A DNA stretch of 55,644 bases from Oscillospiraceae bacterium (GCA_045223835.1 JBGUZS010000177.1:1-55644), one strand, 5' to 3'; positions 1-7,892 are shown, numbered from the stretch's first letter. The notes: generated from the letters alone by a model not told the origin. Numbers and translations are program-made.

Positions 1-1345
1 TGGAGTGCATTTCCTTATGATGCAGCCCTTTCTCTGCCGCCGCGTCCACTACAGCTCTGGCGATGGAATGGGGGAAATGTTCCTCCAGACAGGCGGCGAC
101 ACGCAGCATCTCTTCTTCGTTTTTGCCTTGGAAGGCAACCACCTCCTGCAGGGTGGGGCAGGCGCGGGTGAGGGTGCCTGTCTTGTCGAAGATGACCGTG
201 TCCGCCTCGCTGACCTTCTCCATGTATTTGCCGCCCTTCACCGTTACCCGGTGCTTTCCCGCCTCACCCATGGCGGAAAGGACGCTGAGAGGCATGGAGA
301 GCTTCAGGGCGCAGGAGAAGTCCACCATCAGCACACTGACTGCCCTTGCGGTGCTGCCTGTCAGGAGCCAGGTAAGCAGGCTGCCTCCCAGACACCAGGG
401 CACCAGCTTATCCGCCAGGCGGCCGGCCCGGCTTTCCACCCCGGATTTCAGCCGTTGGGAATCCTCGATCATGCGCACGATCCGGTCATAACGGCTAGCC
501 CCGGAAACCCCGGTCACCCGCAGGATGCAGTTGCCCTCCTCCACTACGCTCCCGGCATAGACCGCCGCACCTGGCCGCTTGGCCACAGGGACGCTTTCCC
601 CGGTGAGAGAGGCCTGGTTCAGCATCACATCCCCGGCCTCCAGGATCCCGTCCAGGGGCAGGACATGGCCCGTATGGACGATGATCCGGTCTCCGGGTGA
701 GACCCGCGCCAGGGGTACCCTTGCCTGGTTCCCATTCTCATCCAGCAGCCAGACCGCATCTACCCGGAGGGCCATGCTTCGGGCCAGGTCATCCACGGAC
801 TTCTTGCGGGTCCACTCGTCCAGGGCCTCTCCCAGCTTCAGCAGGAAACTCACGGAGCCCGCCGTGGTATAGTCCCCGGTGAGCAGGGAGGCGCCGATGG
901 CTACGCCGTCCAATACGTCCACGGTGAGCTTGCCCCCGGCAGCGTACTTCAGGGCTCGCAGGATGCGGGGGAGGGATTGCCAAATGCTCAGGGCGCAGCG
1001 CAGGGGAGCGGGAAGCAGCAAACGCTTCAAATAGTGCAGCGCTGCCAGCAGGACCAGCTTTTCCTTGTATTCCCGGTTCATGGCCCGGCTGCTGTGCGCC
1101 TCCGGGTCCAGGCATTTCTCCGCCTTCTCCCAGCTGAAGCCTGCCAGGGCGGCGCAGAGTCCTGCGCGGTCGCCCCGATAGCGGACGATCACGCCGCAGG
1201 TGCGCTCGTGTACCGTCACCTGCTCCACGTCCATCTGTCCCCGGAGCCAGGCCTCCAACAGATCTGCCTGCCTGAGGGTCATCTGCCGGAGCTCGGCCCG
1301 GAGGCGCAGCCTGCCGGGGCTATCGTGCAGGATGAGGAATCTCAT
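1..1345 (-). CDS. P1B-type heavy-metal P-type ATPase, N-terminal ~448 codons (gene continues past the left edge; absent from the ORF track)
   Basis: Own minus-strand translation from ATG 1345-1343 gives MRFLILHDSPGRLRLRAEL... It carries the actuator motif LTGESVPV and the phosphorylation motif VIFDKTGTLT (Asp codon 187-185). The membrane motif is DFSCALKLS (S-C-A at 316-308) where CPC usually sits. The N-domain is ferredoxin-like without CxxC. The ATG overlaps the upstream stop (ATGA). Confidence 0.9.
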   Translation of the reverse strand, partial: MRFLILHDSPGRLRLRAELRQMTLRQADLLEAWLRGQMDVEQVTVHERTCGVIVRYRGDRAGLCAALAGFSWEKAEKCLDPEAHSSRAMNREYKEKLVLLAALHYLKRLLLPAPLRCALSIWQSLPRILRALKYAAGGKLTVDVLDGVAIGASLLTGDYTTAGSVSFLLKLGEALDEWTRKKSVDDLARSMALRVDAVWLLDENGNQARVPLARVSPGDRIIVHTGHVLPLDGILEAGDVMLNQASLTGESVPVAKRPGAAVYAGSVVEEGNCILRVTGVSGASRYDRIVRMIEDSQRLKSGVESRAGRLADKLVPWCLGGSLLTWLLTGSTARAVSVLMVDFSCALKLSMPLSVLSAMGEAGKHRVTVKGGKYMEKVSEADTVIFDKTGTLTRACPTLQEVVAFQGKNEEEMLRVAACLEEHFPHSIARAVVDAAAEKGLHHKEMHS

Positions 1346-1608
1346 TGCCCGCTCGCTTCGGTTTCGATGATCTCCGGCGCGGCTTCCTTTTCCCGCTTGG
1401 AATTGATCCCCTTCGCATCGGCCAGGATGTCCGAGCAACCCTCCTGTACCAGCTCCACATTCCGCATGACCTCGTCCTTGCAGCGCAGCGCGGCGGCGGT
1501 CACCCGGGCGTAAGCCCTCTTGGCGTCTTTGCTTGCCAGCAGTTTGAAGCCTGCGGAACCGAAGAGGGTCCCGCCTACAAACAGCGCGATCTTTCCGCAA
1601 GTCGTCAT
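1342..1608 (-). CDS. Small membrane-anchored protein of unknown function (88 aa)
   Basis: ORF track. Hydrophobic N-terminus KIALFVGGTLFGSAGF followed by a charged tail. Its stop overlaps the ATPase ATG and it starts 26 nt after the ZIP gene stop, so it belongs to the same operon. I recall similar small proteins (DUF6110-type annotation) beside such ATPases but cannot verify this. Confidence 0.6.
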   Translation of the reverse strand: MTTCGKIALFVGGTLFGSAGFKLLASKDAKRAYARVTAAALRCKDEVMRNVELVQEGCSDILADAKGINSKREKEAAPEIIETEASGQ

Positions 1609-1634
1609 TTTCTTTTCCTCCTATTTCATTCTAT

Positions 1635-2423
1635 TTATCCCAGTGCCACATCCAGGGCCATCATGATGCTGAAGCCTACGGCGAAGAACACCGTGCCGAT
1701 GTTGGAGTGCTCCCCGGCGCTCATCTCCGGGATCAGCTCCTCCACCACCACATAGAGCATGGCTCCCGCCGCAAAGGAGAGCAGATAGGGCATGGCCGGG
1801 CCTGCGATCCCGGCGGCCAGGATGGTGAGCAGCCCGAAAACCGGCTCCACCGCCCCGGAGAGGACACCCAGACCGAAAGCGCCTGCCTTGCTTTTCCCCT
1901 CCGCGCAGAGGGGAAGGGAGATGATCGCCCCCTCGGGAAAGTTCTGAATGGCGATGCCCAGGGCCAGGGAGAGGGCGCCCCCGGCCGTGATCAGCGCAGA
2001 ACCGCTCCGCACCCCGGCGTAGACGATACCCACCGCCATCCCCTCCGGGATGTTGTGAAGGGTCACGGCCAGCACCATCATGGTGGTACGCTTAAGGCGG
2101 CTTTTCGGTCCCTCTGCTTCCTGTGCCCCCGCGTGGAGATGGGGGATCAGGCGGTCCAGCAGCAGGAGAAAGAGGATTCCGCACCAGAAGCCGATAAAGG
2201 CAGGCAGGAACGCCCACCGACCCATGCCTGAGGATTGCTCGATGGCCGGGACGATCAGGCTCCAGACGGAGGCGGCTGTCATCACCCCGGCGGCAAAGCC
2301 GGTGAGGGAGCGCCGGAGCGCGTCGCTGAAACTCCGCTGCAGGAAGAACACGCAGGCAGAGCCCGCCGACGTGCCCAGAAAGGGGATCAGAAGTCCCCAG
2401 AATACAGCATTCAAGCTCAGCAC
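1635..2423 (-). CDS. zupT: ZIP-family divalent metal transporter (ZupT-like)
   Basis: 262 aa and multi-TM, with ZIP signatures LHNIPEGMAVG and IQNFPEGAIISLP. The GTG start lies 4 nt after the regulator stop. A TTG at 2414 is an alternative start with better SD spacing. Confidence 0.9.
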   Translation of the reverse strand: MLSLNAVFWGLLIPFLGTSAGSACVFFLQRSFSDALRRSLTGFAAGVMTAASVWSLIVPAIEQSSGMGRWAFLPAFIGFWCGILFLLLLDRLIPHLHAGAQEAEGPKSRLKRTTMMVLAVTLHNIPEGMAVGIVYAGVRSGSALITAGGALSLALGIAIQNFPEGAIISLPLCAEGKSKAGAFGLGVLSGAVEPVFGLLTILAAGIAGPAMPYLLSFAAGAMLYVVVEELIPEMSAGEHSNIGTVFFAVGFSIMMALDVALG

Positions 2424-2426
2424 CCC

Positions 2427-2813
2427 CTATGCCGGATTCCTTGCGCCGCCCCAGCGGGAGAGAAAGGCCTTTACCCTGAAAAAAACCTCCTCGCTGATGG
2501 CGTGCTCGATCTCGCAGGCGTCCCTTTCCGCGGTCTCCGGCGCAACCCCGATCGCCTGCAGCGCTTTAACCAAAACGGAATGCCGCTCAAGGACCGATTC
2601 CGCGGCTGATTTGCCAAGGGGGGTCAGGTGAAGGAACTTGCCTCGATCCATGGTCAAATATCCGCCCTCCTGCAGGAGCTTCATGGCTTTGCTGACGCTG
2701 GGCTTGCTGAAATGCAGGTGTTCCGCTACGTCCACGGAGCGGACGGAGCCGTTCTGTTCCTCCAGGATCAGGATCGTTTTTACATAGTCTTCTCCTGAGC
2801 GGTTAAGCTTCAC
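2427..2813 (-). CDS. DtxR/MntR-family metal-dependent transcriptional repressor
   Basis: 128 aa. N-terminal winged helix (EDYVKTILILEEQNGSVRSVDVAEHLHFSKPSVSKAMKLL) and a dimerisation/metal domain (LERHSVLVKAL..AERDACEIEHAIS). GTG start preceded by GGAAGGGGGG. Confidence 0.9.
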   Translation of the reverse strand: MKLNRSGEDYVKTILILEEQNGSVRSVDVAEHLHFSKPSVSKAMKLLQEGGYLTMDRGKFLHLTPLGKSAAESVLERHSVLVKALQAIGVAPETAERDACEIEHAISEEVFFRVKAFLSRWGGARNPA

Positions 2814-2994
2814 CGGTCTGCACCCCCCTTCCGTCTGAGAAAACGCCCGCCAAACAGCGGCTCATGAGACAAGGCGGCTTGGTGAGCGTTTCCTTCGATG
2901 CTTGCATGTCTTCTGCAAAATGCTTCTGAACGGCCTGCGGGTCAGCCAGCCTGCTTCTCCTTCGCCTCGGTGTGGACCCGATCCGGTTATTCTG

Positions 2995-3043
2995 GTTAGT
3001 AGCCGCTAACTCACGAGTCCATTATAGTTACCCAATGCTAACC
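2995..3043 (-). promoter_or_regulatory. Two DtxR-box-like dyads overlapping the promoter
   Basis: The minus strand reads GGTTAGCATTGGGTAAC (3043-3027, between -35 and -10). A second dyad, GTTAGCGGCTACTAAC (3010-2995), lies just downstream of -10. TTAGC/CTAAC arms resemble half-sites of the TTAGGTTAGCCTAACCTAA iron box. Confidence 0.45.
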
Positions 3044-3049
3044 TGTCAA
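3021..3049 (-). promoter_or_regulatory. Consensus sigma-A promoter of the regulator-ZIP-small protein-ATPase operon
   Basis: The minus strand reads TTGACA (3049-3044), a 17-nt spacer, then TATAAT (3026-3021). This leaves a ~200-nt leader to the GTG at 2813. Confidence 0.7.
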
Positions 3050-3113
3050 GAGCCTTCAAGGTTTCTTTTTCAGAGGATACCGGGGAGTAACGGTACACAT
3101 AGAAAGGGGAAAC

Positions 3114-3261
3114 ACCGGGAGCGGGACCCTTCGGACTGCCGCATAAGCAGGCCGCAGGATCGCCCCGGCGGCGCATGTTTCCGCCTTGTCCGCCGAAGGA
3201 TGAAGCCGGGCCTATCTCCCGGAGAGGGAAAGGGGGAGCTCCATCCTGTGCTTTTCCAGCA
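3114..3261. repeat. Direct repeat copy A (~148 bp) of the cbiO 3' end plus downstream DNA
   Basis: Aligns by eye with 6267-6413 at roughly nine-tenths identity, with about ten substitutions and one 1-nt indel. Both copies end in ...ccatcctgtgcttttccagca. Confidence 0.9.
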
Positions 3262-3320
3262 CCTCTGCGAACACGCCCTCATGGGGCATGATGCAGGTTC
3301 CGCTGAAGACAGGCAGATTA
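3212..3320 (-). pseudogene. Displaced C-terminal fragment of an ECF/CbiO-type ATPase
   Basis: The minus-strand reading ...FSGTCIMPHEGVFAEVLEKHRMELPLSLSGR* ends identically to intact CbiO (...LLEKHRMELPLSLSGR*). There is no Walker motif or N-terminal part. Upstream DNA switches abruptly to AT-rich sequence near 3322. Confidence 0.7.
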
Positions 3321-3683
3321 TAACATACTAAACTACTATGACGACTGGAAATTGAGCTGTGATCAAATGTGCCCTCTGATATACCGATTACAGAACGACA
3401 GAAATGGAGCGGAATCCATGACGATCCAGCAACTACGCTGCGCTGCACAAGGTTAAACGGGTTATTTATCCATTGCATGCATGGCTAAACCTCTTGACCT
3501 GTGGTATACTGCGCAACAGAAGGGAGAATTTGGCTTGACCGATGCAATGCAAACAATGAATATGCGGCGATCATCGGCGGATGCATTGCGGAAGCCTGCG
3601 AATAACCCTGGTCGAGAATTCTGCATGAGGAGCTTTACATGGAAATACTGAGATAAATATCCGTTTGAAAAGAAGGAACGATA

Positions 3684-4139
3684 ATGATCAGACTAACTGA
3701 GGTAACTGAAGAAGACTGGCTTGAGGTAGCCAACCTGAGCGTAAAAGACAATCAGAAAAACTATGTTGCACCTGTGGTAGGCATTCTGGCAAGAGGATAT
3801 GTCTATCGGGATTGCAATGCCAGAATATTCGTCATTGAAAATGACGGGATTATTGTCGGGGCATCGCTTGTCAGAGAGTTTACAGATGAACCTCTTGGTT
3901 ATGATCTGCAGCAATTCATGATTGACCAGCGGTATCAGGGTAGAGGGTATGGCTCCGAAGCGCTCGGGCTTATACTGGATGAGCTTCGCAAAGAAGGTCA
4001 TTTTGATCATGTAGAAATATGTGTAAAAAGAGACGATGCTGCAGCAATCCATCTCTATGAAAAAAACGGTTTCATAGATTCTGGGTACATCGACGAAGAT
4101 GCGCCGGATTCACTCAATATGATCTGCCATCTGAGCTGA
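3684..4139 (+). CDS. GNAT N-acetyltransferase (diamine/spermidine-acetyltransferase-like)
   Basis: 151 aa. Acetyl-CoA motif IDQRYQGRGYGSEAL and C-terminal LYEKNGF. SD GAAGGAA lies upstream. Confidence 0.85.
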   Translation: MIRLTEVTEEDWLEVANLSVKDNQKNYVAPVVGILARGYVYRDCNARIFVIENDGIIVGASLVREFTDEPLGYDLQQFMIDQRYQGRGYGSEALGLILDELRKEGHFDHVEICVKRDDAAAIHLYEKNGFIDSGYIDEDAPDSLNMICHLS

Positions 4140-4238
4140 GCAAATTCCAGCTTTTGGAGATGCTTCTTGTTGACTGTACAGTGGAAACGGTATGCTGGGT
4201 ATGCTGCATGTACCACCCCAAAAGGGATTGGAGGACAA

Positions 4239-4733
4239 ATGATAACCATTAAAGAATCAACATATGATGATATCGGGAATATACAGAGCCTTTGGGCTGA
4301 CGAGGACGTTATGAGGCATATCTGGCCGGGTGGATTGCACGAAACAGAAGAAGCTGTACGAGAATGGCTGGATCGATTCATTGATGCAAGGCCTACGCAG
4401 AATCATTTTTCAATTTTTGATGATGGTAAATACTGCGGAGAGACCCAGTATCGAATAGATAAGAGCACACGCAGCGCTTCCCTGGACATTAAATTATTCA
4501 AATTTGCTCAAGGTCGGGGAATTGCAGCTCAGGCACTGTCGTATTCCATTCAGGAAGCCTTTAAGCATGGGGCAGCAACCCTTTGGGTCGATCCGCATCC
4601 TTCGAACGAGAAGGCATTGAAATTGTATCACAAGCTGGGATTTGTGCAGAAAGAAATGCCGGAGTATGTTGTTGCTTTGGGAGAAGACCCAACTGTTTAT
4701 GTCTATATGGAATTGCGTAAAGAATTGGAATAA
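4239..4733 (+). CDS. GNAT N-acetyltransferase (AAC(6')-Ib/Acetyltransf_8-like)
   Basis: I moved the start to ATG 4239, in frame with track ORF 4167, because GGAGGA sits 5 nt upstream. Motifs are FAQGRGIAAQAL and WVDPHPSNEKALKLYHKLGF. The second resembles the DPxPxNxxAIxxYxKxGF signature I remember from AAC(6')-Ib-type enzymes. Confidence 0.8.
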   Translation: MITIKESTYDDIGNIQSLWADEDVMRHIWPGGLHETEEAVREWLDRFIDARPTQNHFSIFDDGKYCGETQYRIDKSTRSASLDIKLFKFAQGRGIAAQALSYSIQEAFKHGAATLWVDPHPSNEKALKLYHKLGFVQKEMPEYVVALGEDPTVYVYMELRKELE

Positions 4734-4763
4734 AGGATAATTCCGGCTTGCGAAGAAGGAAAA

Positions 4764-4835
4764 ACGGAATCAAGTAAAGAATATCTCGATTTTATACTGG
4801 ATCAGCCTTCCTCGCTGGCTGACATTATGTGTTGA
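4764..4835 (+). pseudogene. Possible remnant of a TfoX-N-type gene (first ~23 codons, ACG in place of ATG)
   Basis: The reading frame gives (T)ESSKEYLDFILDQPSSLADIMC*, preceded by GAAGAAGGA. The EYLDFILDQ.S opening resembles the N-termini of TfoX N-domain proteins, from memory. No intact ORF follows. Confidence 0.3.
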
Positions 4836-4974
4836 ATAAGAGCAGGGTAATCTATGCTAAAGATAGGGAAGAAGGGTTTATTCGACTATTCATATCTTTC
4901 CTGTCCGTCCGCTTCGAGATCTTTATCGTGATCGGTTCTGAGGAGAGAAGCGGACTTTGAAGGGGGAGAACTGT

Positions 4975-5562
4975 ATGGAAGAGAACAGAATAGAAATCAT
5001 TGCATTGCCAAAGCAGCAATGGAAAGGAAAAATCATCCCGCTTATTACAAAGAGTGACAGCTATTATGATTTCGAGATCGATCCGCTTACGGAAGAGGGA
5101 TGCTCTGTAAAGATCATCAAGAGACCGGCGGAGAAGGAAATCATCCATACGCCGGAAGAGTATGACTATCCGGATTCTTTGTATCAGGATCATTGGGAAA
5201 ATGCCGAGGCCTTTGGCGTGGTAAGTGAGAACGGAGAATTGCAGGCGTGCATTGAGGTGTGTCCGGAAGAATGGTCCAATAGGCTGATGGTAACTGAACT
5301 ATGGGTATCGGACGAACTGAGGGGCAGGGGTATAGGCAAAATGCTCATGGATAAGGCAAAAGAGGCTGCAAGGCATCAGAACAGACGCGCCATCATTTTG
5401 GAAACACAATCCTGCAACACCAAGGCTATCGGCTTTTATCTTCACCAGGGATTTGAGATCATCGGATTTGACACATGCTGTTATACGAACGATGACATAG
5501 GAAGACGGGAAGTAAGAATCAATCTTGGCTATTTCCTTCACCGGGAACCAAGACGAAGGTGA
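4975..5562 (+). CDS. GNAT N-acetyltransferase, streptothricin-acetyltransferase (Sat4/SatA)-like
   Basis: I moved the start to ATG 4975, with a GGGGGAG SD; the track start at 4957 is a TTG. Motif LRGRGIGKMLMDKA. ILETQSCNTKAIGFYLHQGFEIIGFDTCCY parallels LETQDINLIACKFYHNCGFKIGSVDTMLY of Sat4 as I remember it. Confidence 0.8.
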   Translation: MEENRIEIIALPKQQWKGKIIPLITKSDSYYDFEIDPLTEEGCSVKIIKRPAEKEIIHTPEEYDYPDSLYQDHWENAEAFGVVSENGELQACIEVCPEEWSNRLMVTELWVSDELRGRGIGKMLMDKAKEAARHQNRRAIILETQSCNTKAIGFYLHQGFEIIGFDTCCYTNDDIGRREVRINLGYFLHREPRRR

Positions 5563-5592
5563 TGATTCGGAAATTGATGGGGAGGACAGATA

Positions 5593-6111
5593 ATGAGTCC
5601 CAAACATGTTGCAGTGCTGCCATACGATCAGCAGTGGGAGCAGGATTTTCTGCAGATAAAGGAAGAACTTCAAAATGCGCTTGGAAACCATGCCCTGAGG
5701 ATTGAACATGTTGGCAGTACTTCGGTGAAGGGGTTATCTGCAAAACCAATCATTGATATTGATATTGTCATAAAGGATTATTCGGTATTTGACGATGTGA
5801 TTTCCGCCTTAGGGGCGATCGGGTATCGGCATGAAGGAAACCTTGGCATCGAAGACCGGGAAGCGTTTAAGTACGATGACAAAGCGCACTTGCAAGAGCA
5901 TCATCTATATGTCTGCCCACAGGATTCGGAGGAACTGAGGAGGCATATTGCTTTCAGAGATTATCTTCGTTCAAATCCTGATGCGGTGCGGGAGTACAGC
6001 CGGATCAAGGAGGAAGGCGCAGCCCTCTTTCCGTACGATATGGAGAAGTATATCGAGCATAAATCTCCTTATATCGAAAAGGTATATAGAGATATGCTTG
6101 GTCCTCTCTGA
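5593..6111 (+). CDS. GrpB-family (UPF0157, nucleotidyltransferase-fold) protein
   Basis: 172 aa. Motifs IEHVGSTSV, KPIIDIDIVI and HHLYVC...HIAFRDYLR are typical of GrpB. SD GGGGAGGA. Confidence 0.85.
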   Translation: MSPKHVAVLPYDQQWEQDFLQIKEELQNALGNHALRIEHVGSTSVKGLSAKPIIDIDIVIKDYSVFDDVISALGAIGYRHEGNLGIEDREAFKYDDKAHLQEHHLYVCPQDSEELRRHIAFRDYLRSNPDAVREYSRIKEEGAALFPYDMEKYIEHKSPYIEKVYRDMLGPL

Positions 6112-6149
6112 TTCGAGTCGGGATGATCAAAGAAGCCTTGAAACATTGA

Positions 6150-6182
6150 GACCAGCCGGATGATCCCCGGCTGGTCCTTTCC
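6150..6182 (+). terminator. Intrinsic terminator after the GrpB gene
   Basis: GACCAGCCGG (6150-6159), a 7-nt loop, CCGGCTGGTC (6167-6176), then CTTTCC. Confidence 0.6.
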
Positions 6183-6266
6183 TATGCGCTATATTGCTTT
6201 GGTGATTCGCTTGCAGCCTATTCTGAAAGCCCTGAGTCACGGGAGAAAGTCGTCAAAGAGCAGAAT

Positions 6267-6413
6267 ACCGGGAATGGGACCCTCCGGACTGCCGCATAAG
6301 CAGGCCGCAGGATCGACCCGGCGCGCATGTTTCCTCCCTGCCCGCCGACGGATGAAGCCGGGCCTATCTTCCGGAGAGGGAAAGGGGGAGCTCCATCCTG
6401 TGCTTTTCCAGCA
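6267..6413. repeat. Direct repeat copy B (functional cbiO 3' end plus downstream DNA)
   Basis: Pairs with 3114-3261. It contains the last 16 codons and the stop of the intact cbiO. Confidence 0.9.
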
Positions 6414-7092
6414 GGGCGCGGTCCCGCAGGATCTCCTGGGCCGCGCCGTCCGCCGCGATCTGCCCGTCGGAGAGCAGGATCACCCGGTCGCAGGTATCGA
6501 GGATCATATCCAGATCATGGGAGGTGATCAGCTTGGTCTGCTTCAGCCCCCGGATCGTGTTGATCACGATCCGGCGGTTGTAGGGATCCAGGGCGGAGGT
6601 GGGCTCGTCCATCAGGATGGCCTCAGGCTCCATGGCCAGGATCGTGGCGATTGCCGCCATGCGCTTTTCGCCCCCGGAGATCTTATGGTTATAGCGGTGC
6701 TTCAGGTCCTCCAGATGCAGGCGCGTCAGCACCTCGTCCACCCGCGCCTCGGCCGTCTCCCGGCTGAGCTTGTAGTTCAGCGGAGCGAACATCATGTCCT
6801 CGTACACTGTGGGCATAAACATCTGGTTATCCGAGTTTTGCAGCACGAAGCCCAGCTTTCGGCGTACTTCGCTCAGGGTCTCCCGACGGACCTCCGCGCC
6901 GTCCACCAGGATGCTGCCCTCTCCCTCCAGCAGCCCAAGAAGCAGCTTCATGACCGTGGACTTGCCCGCGCCGTTCGCTCCGATCAGCCCGACGGCTTCG
7001 CCGTCGCCGATCCGGAAGGACAGATCCTGCAGCACCGGACGGTCCTTTTCATAGGAAAAGCGCACATGCTGAAATTCGATCATCGTTCTCAC
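6364..7092 (-). CDS. cbiO: ECF-type Co/Ni transporter ATPase (CbiO/NikO)
   Basis: 242 aa. Walker A GANGAGKST, signature ISGGEKR, Walker B ILMDEPTSALD. The GTG start overlaps the cbiQ stop (GTGA); ATG 7083 is an alternative. Confidence 0.92.
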   Translation of the reverse strand: MRTMIEFQHVRFSYEKDRPVLQDLSFRIGDGEAVGLIGANGAGKSTVMKLLLGLLEGEGSILVDGAEVRRETLSEVRRKLGFVLQNSDNQMFMPTVYEDMMFAPLNYKLSRETAEARVDEVLTRLHLEDLKHRYNHKISGGEKRMAAIATILAMEPEAILMDEPTSALDPYNRRIVINTIRGLKQTKLITSHDLDMILDTCDRVILLSDGQIAADGAAQEILRDRALLEKHRMELPLSLSGR

Positions 7093-7892
7093 CTCACCAT
7101 CGTGCTGCCGAGCAGCTGGGCGATCCGCACATACCGCAGCAGAAAGAAGAAGGCTGCGCAGGCTACAAGATACAGCGCATCGGTCCCGCGGAAGCGCCGG
7201 ATGTCTGCATAATGGAATTCCTGCCGATAGCCCCGCAGCAGCATGCTGGAATACAGCTCCTGCGCCCGGTCCATGCTCCGCAGCAGCAGCTGGCCGAGAA
7301 ACGAGCCCCAGGCGGAGATATGCACGCCCTTCTGCCCCGGGGCGCGAAGGTGATACGCATCGGTCATCACGGCCAGCTCCTCCGTCATGACGCCCACATA
7401 GCGATAGGTGAGCAGCAGCAGGGTGACGAGCACTTTCGGGATATGGAGCTGACGCAGGGCGGCGCAGAGGCTGTCGATGGAAGTGGAAGCCATGAGAAGG
7501 AAGGAGGCCATCAGGGAAAAGAGCCCCTTCAGCATCAGGGTGAGCATGGAGATCACGCCGCCGGAGATCCCCAGGCCGCCGACCCGAAACAGGACGGTCC
7601 GGTCGAACAGGGGATTGAAAAGCCCCACCGCCATCACCAGCGGCAGTACGACCCGGAGCTTATAAAAGCAGGTCCTGACCTCGGTGCCGCTGATCTGAAA
7701 GAGCAGGATCGGCCAGAGGACCATGGGCACCAGGCCGCTCAGATCATATTTTCCATAGGAAAGGGTGACCAGGATATACAGGATCGTTGCCAGCAGCTTC
7801 GCCGCCGGATGCAGCCCATGGATCGGCGAGGATCGGGCCGCGAGCGCATCCATTTCGGCAAGCTCGCGGATCGCCTTTTGCATCTTGTTCAT
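7089..7892 (-). CDS. cbiQ: ECF transporter transmembrane T component (CbiQ)
   Basis: 267 aa and multi-TM, with C-terminal Arg-containing coupling helices (DAYHLRAPG, SMLLRGY). SD AAGAGGAAG. It sits between cbiM and cbiO. Confidence 0.88.
   Translation of the reverse strand: MNKMQKAIRELAEMDALAARSSPIHGLHPAAKLLATILYILVTLSYGKYDLSGLVPMVLWPILLFQISGTEVRTCFYKLRVVLPLVMAVGLFNPLFDRTVLFRVGGLGISGGVISMLTLMLKGLFSLMASFLLMASTSIDSLCAALRQLHIPKVLVTLLLLTYRYVGVMTEELAVMTDAYHLRAPGQKGVHISAWGSFLGQLLLRSMDRAQELYSSMLLRGYRQEFHYADIRRFRGTDALYLVACAAFFFLLRYVRIAQLLGSTMVR

Larger units (their letters stand above)
3262..6266. other. AT-richer ~3.0 kb accessory cassette (island 1) between the direct repeats
   Basis: There is a visible drop in G+C relative to the flanks. 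All four genes are on the plus strand and no recombinase is present. Confidence 0.7.

Noticed and set aside
5-1755. Plus-strand ORFs 5-700, 63-491, 579-872, 977-1513 and 1345-1755
   Set aside because: They are antisense or out of frame relative to the minus-strand P-type ATPase (DKTGTLT, TGES motifs) and the small membrane protein. Composition is shadow-like.
2814-3014. yybP-ykoY (Mn) riboswitch in the ~200-nt leader of the DtxR-type operon
   Set aside because: There is no GGGGAGUAG-type core or matching four-helix layout. Regulation is more simply explained by the DtxR-box-like dyads at the promoter.
3262-6266. Calling island 1 a mobile element (integrative element or transposon)
   Set aside because: There is no integrase, transposase, terminal inverted repeat or short target-site duplication. 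Only the ~148-bp direct repeats support an insertion history, so it is reported as a repeat-bracketed cassette rather than typed as mobile.
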